A stretch of 64,000 nt of DNA, from NCBI GenBank assembly GCA_051294375.1, contig CM119271.1:15072770-15136769 (forward strand), read 5' to 3'. Every line of letters starts with the position of its first letter. The stretch's first letter is position 1. The translations under genes and the position numbers were made by a program. Shown one piece after another: positions 25,430 to 38,087 of the stretch. This DNA comes from Paraspadella gotoi (taxonomy: Eukaryota; Animalia; Chaetognatha). The notes beneath the pieces were generated by a model. That model did not search any database and had not been told where the DNA came from. It worked only from the letters and a program-made list of their open reading frames with translations.

Positions 25430-26155
25430 ATACTGAATAAAAAATACATCATAATCGTGTAATCTAGATATTCACCATATATCACTAACTGTTTATAAGG
25501 AATATCCCACATTCATGAACTTTTCACTTATGTCCATAACTACGCCATATCAACTTTACTTCTTTCGCCAAGTAGCGTGATTTTTTTTCATCGTCTATTT
25601 TGCGTTAAAAATCGCTACGGTACAGAATTATTTTTTTTTCTCCTTGGCTCGGTCGTATATTCAATGTGCTTTTATTTTCATGATTCAAACTTAACACCCT
25701 GGGGTGGTTTTACTAACGAGTTTGTGAATAGCTTATTCGTTTTTACTTCAATCGAGTCTATACGTTCAGTTATTATTACTAAACACAAAGCATAAAATTA
25801 CCAAGGCCATTCCCCGCTCTATCGTCTGGCTTCAATTTTTGATTATTTTCTCGAAAGCGCACGAAGTTTTCACACATTCCCGAATTGTGTCTACAAGCTC
25901 TAGTAAATAACTATTTTAAAACAAACGATAATCACTATCAACTTTTCTCCCCTCCCCCCCCCACCTTTTTCTCCTAAGCGATTCGATAAAAAATACAATT
26001 GGCTTTTCCCTCCTCTTCCCCTCAATTCCCCACTTCCTCCGCCAAATGTATCATTTTTTCCTCTTCTTTCTCTTTCTCTCCTTTTGATTCGATCAAAACG
26101 AAATATTGTACGTTTCTCTCTTAGATTTTCAGCGTTAGTAATTAAAAGAAATATA

Positions 26156-26632
26156 ATGTCGGGCTCGAACTCGAAACGATCGGTCCTCTTCGTGTGTCTC
26201 GGCAACATCTGCCGCTCTCCGATCGCCGAGGCCGTCTTCTGTCAACTCCTCCAAGAGCGAGGCCTCCGCTCCGAGTGGCGCGTCGACAGCGCCGCCACCT
26301 CCACCTACGAGATCGGCAACAAGCCCGACCGGCGTGGACGGAAACTCATGAAGGATAAGGGCGTTGAGATGAGCCACGTGGCGAGACAGATCACCAAGCG
26401 GGACTATCTCGAGTTCGACTTTGTCTTCGGCATGGACGACGACAATCTGTCCAACCTGCGTCGGATGCGTCCGTCCGAAGCCAAGTGCGTCCTCGATTAT
26501 CTCGGCAGCTTCGATCCGCAAGGAGAGAAAATAATTCACGATCCCTACTACGGCGACGAGGCCGACTTTGTCCACGTCTACGAACAATGCTTGAGGTGTT
26601 GCAGGGCATTTTTGGACAAGAATTGCAAATGA
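26156..26632 (+). CDS. ACP1: Low molecular weight phosphotyrosine phosphatase, intronless
   Basis: VLFVCLGNICRSPIAEAVF P-loop and DPYYG motif. Confidence 0.96.
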   Translation: MSGSNSKRSVLFVCLGNICRSPIAEAVFCQLLQERGLRSEWRVDSAATSTYEIGNKPDRRGRKLMKDKGVEMSHVARQITKRDYLEFDFVFGMDDDNLSNLRRMRPSEAKCVLDYLGSFDPQGEKIIHDPYYGDEADFVHVYEQCLRCCRAFLDKNCK

Positions 26633-26736
26633 AAGCAACGGTCAGTGAAACGTTTCTGTGATATCACACGTGAACGGAGAAAACGGGAAGAACAAATTGA
26701 GGAAGAGTGCGGCGGCCTAATCGTGCCCTCTTTGTC

Positions 26737-26803
<67 letters not shown>

Positions 26804-27231
26804 CTTTCTTTCTTTCTTTCGTGCCAAGAATTTAAACTTCCTGAATTCTGTCTCTCAGATACTTTTTATCACGAACACGATTTTGTACGTGTCATTCTTT
26901 TGTTATTATTTTAGTCTTACGAGGAAAATATTATAACTCATATACTTTTAGCTTTAATCAATTTGTTTATTTGTAATTGTATTAAGGGAGTTTGTTTGAT
27001 CATTTGTTCGATTTATTTTTCCCGGTTTTTGGTCACACGAAATTTTGAGATCAAACTGCGTTGGATTTCGTCAGCCAATTTTGATCGATGATGAAATCGC
27101 TGATTATGTGTTTCGACATCGAAACTTCCTAAATCATAAATGCGAAAAATAGTAATATTTTTTACTTTTCCCAGTTTATATATCGATATAAAATCGTTTT
27201 AGCGAAAATTAAAAAAAATAAATATATAAAA

Positions 27232-30200
27232 ATGGCGGACGAACTGGAAGATCTTCCCTTCGACCCGACGATGAAAAAGAAGAAAAAGAAGAAGAAGCCT
27301 TTCGATCTGGAGGCGGCGTTGGAAGGCTCCGCTCCGGCGACGGAAGCTCCCTCCGCCGACGACGCCGCCGACGCCGCTTCGACTGACGCGGCGCCTTCGA
27401 AACCGGAACCGGAGACTCCGGCGCCGGCGTCTTCGAAACCCGGCGACGACGACGACGATTTGAATCTTGACTTTGGAGGATTAAAGAAAAAGAAAAAAAA
27501 GAAAAAAGTCATCATCGATTTAGGAGAAGCGGAGACGACGCCGGCCGAGACGGCGTCGACGCCGGTTGAATCGAGCGAGACGAAGACTGACGCCGCGCCG
27601 GAAGACGGTGAGTCTTAATCCCCGGGGCGGGTGGGGGGTAGGGACAGGAGAGGGCTTGGTTTACTTACTTCATACAATAACACCTTTCGAGTTGTTTAAT
27701 TGTCGGGAAGAGACTTTCGTGAAGATTCATCAGCGGACTTTAATTCATTTGAATATTTATTCATTGACAAATAAAAAAAACTGAAGTGTTAAGTAATTAA
27801 CTTACCGTTCACTGCAATATGCAAATAAGATTTTCGATATTAATTTTTCAGTGGACCTCGGACTCGACGAAGATCTCGGCCTCGATCTCGGGATGAAGAA
27901 GAAAAAGAAGAAGAAGAAGGCGCTCGACGTCGCTGCCTTGGAAAACGACATCAACGAGCTGGAGCTGGACGACGCCGCAGCCGACGCCGCAGGAGAGGGA
28001 CACGAGGGCTTCAACGGGACCAAGGAAGTCTCGGGTGAGGAGAGAGAGAGAGAAGAAAATAGAGCGGAGATAGTTAAAAAGAGACAGAAAGGACAGATAG
28101 GACCGGCCTGTGGGAGAAATTGGATTCAACTGCACATCAAAACGTGTGCTGAGCTCTTTGCTTTCTCTCTTTTTTTTCTCTCTCTCTCTCTCTCTCCCTC
28201 TTTCACATTTCCATTAGCTACTTTATCTTCTCTCCTCTTTACGCCCACCCTCTATTTTTAAAGAGCAAATCTCCCTGACGGCCTGGCGACCGGACTCGAC
28301 TCGCGACTACACCTACGAGGAACTTCTCGCCCGCGTCTTCGAGATCATGAGGCAGAAGAATCCCGACATGGTCGCCGGGGAAAAGAAGAAGTTCGTCATG
28401 CGGCCGCCGCAAGTCGTCAGAGCCGGTGAGAGAGGAAAGAGAGGACATGCTGCAAAGTGGTAGTAATGTTAATGAATGCTTTCAACTTTATATCTCGCCC
28501 GACGGGCCGAGGGCCGCCTTGAGCCAGAATTGCTTTACTTTTGCTTCTTAGTGACGTCGACGTCGTCGTCACGCTTTTTTACAATTGGAAAGTATAAAAG
28601 TGTGCAATTGTAGGAAGCTAAAAAATTACATATGGCTTCTCATCATTAAGATCTTTTAAAATGATATGTATGGCAACAGCCGGGTTGCCTTTGATGCCCA
28701 TTGGGATGGGGCATCTCACTGTTGGCTCTGGGGGCTTCCGACCCTCAGTGACGCCTCAGTCGCGCATGTTATCAATTTACCATCTTTTAGTTTTACTTCT
28801 CCTTTTATATTATTTTATATTATTTCGTATTTAGATGCTAAAAAGCGAAGGATGAATGGCAGAAAAGGTTGAGGGTCTAAAAAAAAAGCGAATTGAAGAC
28901 AATGCAGAGTAGTGCGGTATGAACTACTACCGCTACAGAGTAAATATAATTGAATGAATATAATGAAGAATTTTTGGGGTACCATGGATTTGGGAAGCTG
29001 GGGTGAGCACCGTGCTAAATGTAGAGGCGGACTTGCAGATAGAACGATGGAGTTGTGCCACACGAGGGGGAGGGCTAGCTAGACCCGGCCCCTCCGACTT
29101 CTTAAAGCTGGATCTTCTGTTGAGCTTGTAGCCAAGAATCCGGGATAAGCCGCGCGACAAGGCGAACGGATCTTGGTAAGGTTTGTCGCCTTACAAGGCC
29201 GACCAAGTTCCAAGCAGCGACCAAGCCTTTGCCTCGTGGAAAAGCTGGGTTGAAGATCACGGATAAAATATTTTTGTGAAAGGAACAATATTGCTTCTCA
29301 GTCAAGCTGAACCAATGGCTATCATGACAGCGTGACTGCTGACGGACGGGTTGTGGTCACGAATCCACAGTGCCTCAGAGTCAACCCGATAGACAATGGG
29401 TTAATGAAGCGACACTCCAGAGAAAAGTGTTTGAACTGTCGACCACTTGGGGTGTTCTCCACACGAAGATGGATAGGACGATGCACCATTGTTAGAGGGT
29501 GATTGTTGTGGGCGATGCCGGCGGGCGCCGGCCGGGCTTGAAGCACGAGACCCTCTAACGTATGAACCACAATGTCAGTTAACCACACGGCGGCACGGTC
29601 GACCACAATGTTGCCCACAGTATAGGATCTGCGAATATGAATACACAAGAGAACGGGGACGCCAACTAGATTAGGACTCGCACTCGAACACGTACTTTCT
29701 ATGATAATAAACACGATGCTCACAGAACTGAAAGGGAACAAGTAATGAATGAACAGTGAATATCAATGAATATAAACATGAATATCACATGTCGGAAAGT
29801 TCAGAGTCTTTGGAGATTCCTCTTCACGATTCCGTCTCCATCAAATGTTCATTAACTTATCATTTATTTTTTAATTTCGTATTTACGTAAGTGTTAAAAA
29901 GGTATAATAAAAAGGTTAATTATAAAAAGTGATTAAATTGTATTGAAGCGGTGAATCATTGATTTAGGCGCGAAAAAAACTTCCTTCGTGAATTTCACTG
30001 AAATTTGCCGACTTCTTCACCGACAACCGAAACATCTCATGGCTTTCCTCATGGCGGAATTGGGAACATCGGGTAAAATAGAGATTATCTTATTACTAAA
30101 TTACTATTATTAATATATTATTATTATTCAGGATCCGTGGACGGAACGAATCAATTGGTCATCAAGGGCCGATTTCAGCAGAAACAAATCGAGAACGTCC

Positions 30201-30752
30201 TTCGTCGGTACATCAAAGAATACGTGACCTGCCACACGTGTCGCTCGCCGGAGACGATGTTGCAGAGAGACACGAGACTCTACTTTTTGCAGGTGGGGGA
30301 ACTCGGATTGTATCAAAGAAAGAATGAATAGTTTCCGTTTATAAATAGTGGACGTTAAACTGACAAGTGATTCTAATCCATTCTTTTTTTATATTTCTCT
30401 ACGACGACGACGACGACGACGCGAACGAAATCCTTCGTTTACTTCTTTTTGCTTACGTATTCTTCGTCACGACGGTTTTCTAATCGGTCGTCGGATAAAT
30501 TGAATAAAAACGATCCTCAACTCGAAATCTTCGCTTCCAACTCTTGGGGCGTTTCCTATTTGACCACTCCCTCCAAATCTAACATCTTTTGCCATCACTT
30601 TAATCGACGACACCCCGCCGTAATGTCTCTTCCTCCTCCACTTCATCTTCCAGTGCGAGACTTGCGGATCGCGTTGCTCCGTGGCGACAATCAAGAGCGG
30701 CTTCCAGGCGATGACGGGCAAACGCGCCGCCATCCGAGCCAAGGCGCAGTAG
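27232..30752 (+). CDS. EIF2S2: Eukaryotic translation initiation factor 2 subunit beta, multi-exon
   Basis: Three poly-Lys boxes; [13 protein letters not shown]...[10 protein letters not shown]; [11 protein letters not shown]; [16 protein letters not shown]; [19 protein letters not shown]. Confidence 0.96.
28669..28765 (-). mobile_element. Truncated family B twister element (3' portion only)
   Basis: Near identical to 17584-~17685 with small deletions. Cut off at the adjacent ~1-kb element. Confidence 0.85.
28767..29789. mobile_element. Probable ~1-kb solo LTR in an eIF2-beta intron
   Basis: TGTTAT...ATCACA termini, non-coding, GC-balanced structured core unlike host introns. No clean TSD seen. 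Confidence 0.4.
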
Positions 30753-31690
30753 AGAGAGAGAGAGAGAGCGCGACAGAGACGCTTTCGGTGGCGCGGTTGA
30801 GGCGCTGCGGTGGCGCGGACGGTACTGCTGCGGCGCCGCTACTCCTGCGGCGGCGTTGAGAGGACACGGCAGAGACGTAGGGATGACGCTTCCCCCCCCT
30901 CTGGTTCTTCTCCCTCTTTTTCCCCCTCCCTCCTCGTTTAAACCTTTTTCCTACCTCCTCTCATCGACGGGGCTCTAATATCATCTTTTTTGTTTAATTT
31001 AGAATAAACGGAAAATATAAAAATCCTAACTTTTATCTTTGGATGGGGTTTTCTCTTTCTTTTAATAGGAATAAAAATAGAGAGGAGCTAAACTTATGAT
31101 TTATCTTGTCTCTAGTCGAAAATAATAATAATAATGTGCTTTTTCTACTATTTAGCTATTCTATTTCTATTTTACTAATTAAATCGAAGTAATATCGCTT
31201 TTTTTTACCTCTAGAAGATTAAAAAAAACGGAAAATAATGATTTTTTTAACATTAAAAAATCTGAATCTAATAACCCAAGTTTTCTTTTTTGGTTCATGA
31301 AATATTCATCGCAGTTAGTAGAATGGAATTTGTCTTCGTTTTGAAGTCGACAAACAAAGAGAGAGAATCTTTGTTTTGTCTTCGTTTCTTTCTTTTCGTT
31401 CGAGAAACGATTTCAAGTTTCGTCGATCAGATGTTTGCAGATTCTTTAACACAACAACAACAAATCTAGTTTTTGCTATTTAATTCATTTAGGAAATTAA
31501 ATGTTTATCACGTCGTAACATTTTGTTGAAGGCGAAAAAAACGTTGGACAAATCTCAGGAAGCGACGAATGTTTGAAAATCCACAGAGAATAACTTTTGA
31601 ATGTTATTAATGTAGCGAACTTTCCTTTGATGAGCGGAGCTTTAAATAATTGTTTAAATAATTATTAGATTAAAAGGTTTGTGATTTAAA

Positions 31691-34600
31691 ATGACTGACT
31701 CGGTCGAGATCGTCGGCGAGACTATGATCGCAGAACCCCTCACAGACTCGTCTTTCCCGACGAACCTCCCAGCCGAGGGTCCATCCTCCCCAGACGCTTC
31801 ATCCCCGGTCAAGCGCCCACTCGATGACCCGTCCTCTCTTCCTCCGTCCAAACGGGTCAAGGATAATTTTCCGACTTTGAAGAAATCGGAGAATCACGGG
31901 ATCTGTGAGTTCATCTCACGGAATCACAACGGGTTTTTCGGTGAGGACTTTGGACGACAGTTATAAACAAATGAATTTTCCTGATATATAATTTATAAAT
32001 TTAATAGTTTGAAATTGGTACTAAAACGAATAAAAAAATTCTCAATTCATTTAATAAATAAGTTATTATGGCAACGGGAGGATTGCCTCGATACCCGGGG
32101 CGCGGGTTATCTCACCAACTGGCGTAGGCGCTGCGGAACCTCAGTGACCGCCTCCTGTCACTGGCGTTTTTAAACCGGCTCCGTCACATTTAAGCCAGAA
32201 CCGGGATACCCAGGGATTGAACCTCGGACGCACGGTTGAAATGAGATGATATAGGCTGAGTACGGACAGCAGTGAGGCAGCTTTAAACCACACTATCTTG
32301 CCCCAGGCTTTCGTGGTTCAAGGCCTCCATAACTTTTTATGCGATGCAATTTGCGTTATGGCATATTAATTATTATTAAGCTACTTGAGCTAATTGTTAA
32401 TTGTTAATCATAACCGCGTTTCAAAAAAATTATATTTGATCTTTAAATAGATCCTCGATAATTTAATTGAACATATATTTAACGTGAATTAAACTTAAAC
32501 GTAACAAAAAGATCGTAAACCGCAATATGCAAATGAGATTAATCTCCATTAAAGGTATTCTCAAACATCGCATCTCCGACTTCATCGTGAACGAGATCGA
32601 CGCCGAGGGTCGCGTCGTCAAACTCACTTCTTTCGACGTCGCCGACGACGAAGACGAAGACGCCGACGCCCCACTCGACTTCGCCGAGGCGAGCGGAAGA
32701 TTGAAATCGCTCGTGGGGGACGAAGCGTTTGAGAAAGTCAAAACGTTGGCGGAGGCGACGAGAAGGAAGAGAGGGGAGGAGGAGGGGGGGAAGACGGAAA
32801 AGGAGAAAGTGGATGAGGAGGTTAGTTTGATCGACTCAATTCGAAATTCGACTAACTTTTGTTTTAACGTTTTAACATTAATATTATTATAAATCCATGA
32901 CATATTTATCCAGTCCCCCGCCCGCCAAGTTCTCCTTCCCGCCCCTTCCTCACGTGACGCCCGCGCCGCCCTCCACTCCGCCATCCGCGCCGCCTTCCCG
33001 TCGCTCGAGAGTCAAACGGACGACGTGATCGAGGGCGAGGACTTCGCCAAGGTCCTTCGTGTCAAACCGCTCGTCGACTGCCTCATGACGAACACGCAGG
33101 GTCGAAAATCGAGGGGATTCCTCCATCCGGGCAAGCGGCTTGTCAAGTGGCCCAAGAATCGTCCACAGTTTTGTCATTTTGTCCTGTGAGTTATTATTAT
33201 ATCATAAGTAATTTTGTTATCATGGCAACCCCGGTAAATAATATCATTATTACTCCCCAACTTCCAGCTACAAAGAGAACCAAGACACCATGGACGCCCT
33301 CAACGCCCTCTCGGGAAACCTTGGCCTGAAGACGGGCAACTTCGTCTTCAGCGGAACCAAAGACAAACGCGGCATCACCTCCCAACGCGTCTCCATGCAG
33401 AAGGTCGACGCCAGACGTCTCCTCGGTCTCAACAAGAAACTCAAGCTCATCAAAGTCGGAAATTTTGAGTACAGGTTTGTTGTGGGATTATTTTTGTATT
33501 TATGTGTTCCGGTCAAGTTTTTTTTATATTTTAGATACAATTGCTTAAACAAATACGAAATTCGTTCAATAAATAGCTGTCACACCTTACTTTTTTCAGG
33601 CAACGATGGTTTAAAGCCTCCATCCATCTAACAAGAAATCCTACTTCTTTGCAAGCTTTTAATTTAAATTTTATAAAATCTATATATATATTTTTAAGAT
33701 ATTTTTCAAATTATCTCAGAAAAACTGGGCTTCGTCTCGGGGACAACTGGGGCAATCAGTTCCGAATCGTGCTGCGCGGAATGAAGGAAGAAGAGAAGGG
33801 AGCGGCAGCGACGGCGCTCAAGGATTTGGCAGAGATGGGCTTTATCAATTACTACGGGATGCAGGTACGGCGAGGTTTAACACCATTTTAGTAATAATCA
33901 CGAATAAATCTTGACAATATCTACCTACTTATCTCCGCAGAGTCAAACAATTTTAAAAAAATGTTACCTTGTGGCGAATCCTAAATTTGCCTCCCGTATA
34001 GCTTGGTGAAACTTGGACAGCTTAGTACTCGTTCACCTACCATGAGATCCGGGTTCAATCCCCTCACGGTCACGCTGGTTAAAGTGTGATGGTGTCGGCA
34101 TAAACACGCCAGTGACATTGGGTGGTCACTGCAGGTCCAAAGCCCTGAGCACCAGCTGTCGGGAGATGCCTCACACCCCAGGCATCACACATGTCCCCCC
34201 GTTGCCATAACCTTACCTATTTCCTCCCCCACCTTTTTTTCAGAGATTCGGTTCTACGGAAGTCTCGACCCACTCGATAGGCGTCGCCCTGCTCCGCCGC
34301 GACTGGCGCGCCGCCGTCGAGCTCATCCTGCGGCCGCGGCCCAACGACCGACACGACCTCGAAGCGTGTCGACGCGTGTGGAGCGAGACGCGGGATCCGC
34401 AGCGGGCGCTGGACAAGCTCCTTCGAAGAAAGTGCCCCGAGCGGTGCCTTCTCAGCGGCCTCGTCAAGCACGCCCCCAAGAACGACTTTTGCGGCGCCCT
34501 CGCCTGGATTCCTCGCCCTACGCGACTCATGTACGTCCACGCCTACCAAAGTCTCATCTGGAACGTGGCCGCCTCGACCAAGATGGCGCGGCACGGTCTG

Positions 34601-35707
34601 GCGCCGCGGGTCGGAGATCTTGTGGCGCCACGACGTGTTGGTTTTGACGATGGCGATAGAAAGATCGAGACGAAGGACGTCAAGGTAAATTAATTGAAGG
34701 CGGAAAAAGGCGATTGAGTTGATAGCGGAATTCCCACTCGTCATTCCTGGTTTACAATCGGTTTTAATCTTTTTGTTGACTGAAAAAATGTTCTTTACAT
34801 CTTTGAATGACATGGCATTTGTGAATTTGATGCCATCATGACATTTCATAAACCTGAAATGATAACAATGTATTGATTACTGATTTTTTCTTTTAATTGA
34901 CGGAGACAATTTCATACTTGATGTTTTCTCAGAACATAAATCTTAAACGGCTTCAAAAAATTTCAATTATCATTTCAAAGAAAATTAATTTATGGATTAC
35001 AGTAATATGCAAATGAGATTTTACCATCAACTCAGGTATTGACGGAGTCGGACGTGGGCGACCACGACATCTACGACGTTGTTTTGCCTCTCGTCGGCCA
35101 CGACGTCGTCTTTCCGGACAATGAGTCTAAGACGTGGATGGAGGAGGTCTTCACAAAAGGTAGGAAGAGAGATGTTTCGAGTCGCTCGTCCGATGTGTGC
35201 ATTATTTCACAATTCCCCCCCCCAAACCCAGACGGCCTTACCCTGCAAAGCTTCAAGTCCTCCGTCCGCGACTACGCCTTGCCCGGCGGATACCGACGCC
35301 TCGTCGTTCGACCCGAAGGGTTGGAGTGGAGATTCCTGCGGCACGAGGAGGAAGAGGAGGCGCTCAATGAGGAGGATGAGGAGGAGATCGTGTCCAGTCA
35401 TTTTATGAGGAAGAAGAAGGAGAAGGGGAAAGACGAGGACGAAGAAAAAGTCAAAGAGGAAAAAGAAGAATCCATAGACGAAGAAGAGGGAGAAACTAAA
35501 GACGATTCCATCGCCAAATGCAAGGACGAACCCGCGAACGTATCGACTCGGAATTCTCGTTTGGCGCTGGCGATGAAATTCTCGCTTCCTTCTTCTTGTT
35601 ACGCGACGATGGCGATCAGAGAAATCCTTCGAATGGACGTCTCCGCCGGGTTTCAGGCCACCTTGAACGCCGACGGGGATCGGGCCACTTTCAACGCCGT
35701 CGTGTAG
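31691..35707 (+). CDS. PUS7: Pseudouridylate synthase 7 (TruD family), multi-exon
   Basis: GILKHRISDFIVNEI; YKENQDTMDA; SGTKDKRGITSQ; LRLGDNWGNQFRIVLR; GFINYYGMQRFG; MYVHAYQSLIWN; FSLPSSCYATMAIRE. Confidence 0.95.
32067..32292 (-). mobile_element. Twister-ribozyme LTR-like element, family C (degenerate)
   Basis: Homologous to 38441-38697, ends TGTGG...GTTGCCATA on the minus strand. Flanks TTAT/CTAT (1 mismatch). P2 damaged. Confidence 0.8.
33970..34209 (+). mobile_element. Twister-ribozyme LTR-like element, family A
   Basis: TGTGGCGAA...GTTGCCATA, TSD ACCT/ACCT, B box GGGTTCAATCC. Lies in PUS7 intron 33865-34243. Confidence 0.9.
34074..34156 (+). ncRNA. Type-P5 twister ribozyme, apparently intact; predicted cleavage T34101^A34102
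   Basis: P5 GCTGGT/ACCAGC; TAAA; P2 GTGT/ACAC; catalytic GA; T1 TGG/CCA; P1 TG-tcgg-CA; U^AA; T2 GC/GC; P3 CAGTGAC/GTCACTG; P4 CAGG/CCTG; L4 TCCAAAGC. Confidence 0.88.
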
Positions 35708-36025
35708 CGATAGAAGAATTGCGTAGTTTTAGAGATTCGATGTTGGTTTTTCGTTGTTGGTTGTTGCTGTTTTTTAAGAATTTAAATTTATTATAAACTA
35801 TAAAATTATTATAGTTTAATCCAATCTCGTTTTCTTGTTACTGTTACGTTGTCTTATTTATTTTTACGAAAAACTTGTTAAATTGAAATCAGATTTTAAA
35901 AAATAAAACAAAACTTGGCTCCCGCGTTCGTTTCTGTCGAATTAACAAAAAGACGACCCAGTCTTATTCTCCTCCCAACACTTGAATCTTTTCCATCAAC
36001 ATCCCCGCCAACATCTCCCATCAAC

Positions 36026-37558
36026 ATGATCGTCGACGTCCTAACTCGCGCACAAGACTTTAAGGAGTCGGACCCGCATCGCGCCATCGAGATGCTCTTC
36101 TCCCTCGTGCAGCGCGAGGGCGACCCCAACGACGAGGAGTTCGTGCGGACGAAGGAGACGGCCATCTTGGAGTTGGGGGAACTCTTGGCGAAGACCAAAC
36201 AGGCCGAGGAGTTGGAGGGTGAGTCAAGTGGCGGAGAATGAGGACAGCCAATACATGTCACCCAATACAACGCATTCCTTATATACGTAGGGTTGATCAA
36301 GCACACTCGTCCCTTTCTGAACAAAGTCTCCAAAGCGAAAGCGGCCAAATTGGTTCGCGCGTTGATGGATCTATTTTTAGACATGGAGGCCAAGACGGGA
36401 AAAGAGATCGACACTTGTAAGGTGAGGATCTTATTTATACTTATTATAATTCAAATATCTTGGGTAAATTACCTAAATTACTTTTTAAAAAAAATTTACA
36501 GGAATGCATCGACTGGGCAAAATCTGAAAAGCGGACATTTCTTCGGCAAGCCCTCGAAGCTCGGCTCATCGCTCTTTACATCGACAACAAAGTCAGTTTT
36601 TGACATTGTATTAAAATGTATTACTTACAATTATGTTTTTTTATTTTCTCAATGTCTCGACATATCAATTTTTTTTAGGACTACCAATCCTCTTTGTCTC
36701 TCGGCTCCGAACTCTTGGGCGAATTGAAAAAGATGGACGACAAACAACTTTTGGTCGAAGTTCAGCTTCTCGAATCCAAAACTTACCATTCCCTTAGGTG
36801 AGTTATTGTTATATCGTCTCAGTATTTGTTCTCTTCTTTAGTCTGTTTTTATATCCCTTACCCATGAGCGCCATCGCTAACCCTCATCTCCTCCTTCAGC
36901 AATCTCCCCAAAGCCCGCGCGGCGCTGACATCCGCTCGCACGACCGCCAATGCCATCTACTGCCCGCCAAAGCTGCAGGCGTCGCTCGACCTGCAGAGCG
37001 GTATTCTCCACGCCGCCGACGAGAAGGACTTCAAGACGGCTTTCTCTTATTTTTACGAGGCCTTCGAGGGATACGATTCGGTGAGGGTTAGGGACTTTAA
37101 CAAACTGGTTTAATAATTATTTACTTTAATTCCTTCGCCGAAATACCAGGTCGACAATCCTAAAGCCATCGTTGGCCTCAAGTACATGTTGTTGATGAAG
37201 ATCATGCTCGACTCTGCGGACGAAGTCACTTCGATCGTCAGTGGAAAGTTGGCGCTGCGCTACGCCGGCCAAGAGATCAATGCCATGAAGAGCATCGGCA
37301 AAGCCGCCGCCAACAGGTGAGGAAGGTCTATTTTCGATGTTGCTAAACTATTAGACATTTTGAATGCATTTAATTAATAATTATGCTTTTGACGTCCCGG
37401 CAGATCCCTGGCCGAGTTCCACGAGACGCTCAACAACTACCGCGAGTTTCTCGAAGGCGATCCGATCGTCAAGGCTCATCTCGACACCCTCTACGACGAC
37501 CTGCTCGAGAAGAACCTCTGTCGCATCATCGAGCCTTTTTCAAGGGTTCAGGTTAGGA

Positions 37559-37610
<52 letters not shown>

Positions 37611-37865
37611 AATCATCTTCTCTTCTCCATTCAGGTCTCCCACGTCGCCAACCTCATCCAACTCCCCGTCGACAAAGTGGAGCAGAAACTGTCCCAGATG
37701 ATACTGGACAAGAAGTTCTCCGGGATTCTCGATCAAGGGGCTGGAGTCCTGGTTGTGTTCGACGAGTTCGAGGAGGATCTCACCTACAAGAACGCCCTGG
37801 AGACGATCGCCAGCATGGGGAAGGTCGTCGACGCTCTCTACAACAAAGCCAAGAAGCTTTCTTAG
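36026..37865 (+). CDS. PSMD11: 26S proteasome non-ATPase regulatory subunit 11 (Rpn6), multi-exon
   Basis: [14 protein letters not shown]; [19 protein letters not shown]; [14 protein letters not shown]; [20 protein letters not shown]; [18 protein letters not shown]. Confidence 0.97.
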
Positions 37866-38087
37866 ACTTCGACGGGGGGATGAGTCGGGAGGGGGGGTGA
37901 AAAAGAAGATGAGGAAGATGTCTTCTTTGCTTCGTCTTAACTTCTCTCTTCCGTAGTTGTGATAAAACGTTTCTAGGATTCATCATTATATTTCCTCTCG
38001 TTTATTTATGCTTAAAAAAAAAACACAAATGTCCTTCTTTTTTAAAGATTTTCGTTTAATAACTTTAAAAGAAAAAAAAGAATAAAA

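Noticed and set aside
29119-29270. Possible twister L4 (TTGG-CTACAAGC-TCAA, minus strand) or HDV-like L3 (GCCTCGT)
   Set aside because: Could not complete P2/U^AA/GA for a twister, or the nested P1-P2-P3 pairing for an HDV fold.
33970-34209. Ordinary tRNA-derived SINE or tRNA gene
   Set aside because: A B box is present but there is no cloverleaf or LINE-like tail. Fixed 4-bp TSDs and TG..TA/CA termini do not fit target-primed insertion.
35161-35231. In-frame segment inside the 222-aa PUS7 ORF
   Set aside because: Has GT..AG ends and intron-like composition, so it is probably a stop-free short intron rather than coding sequence.
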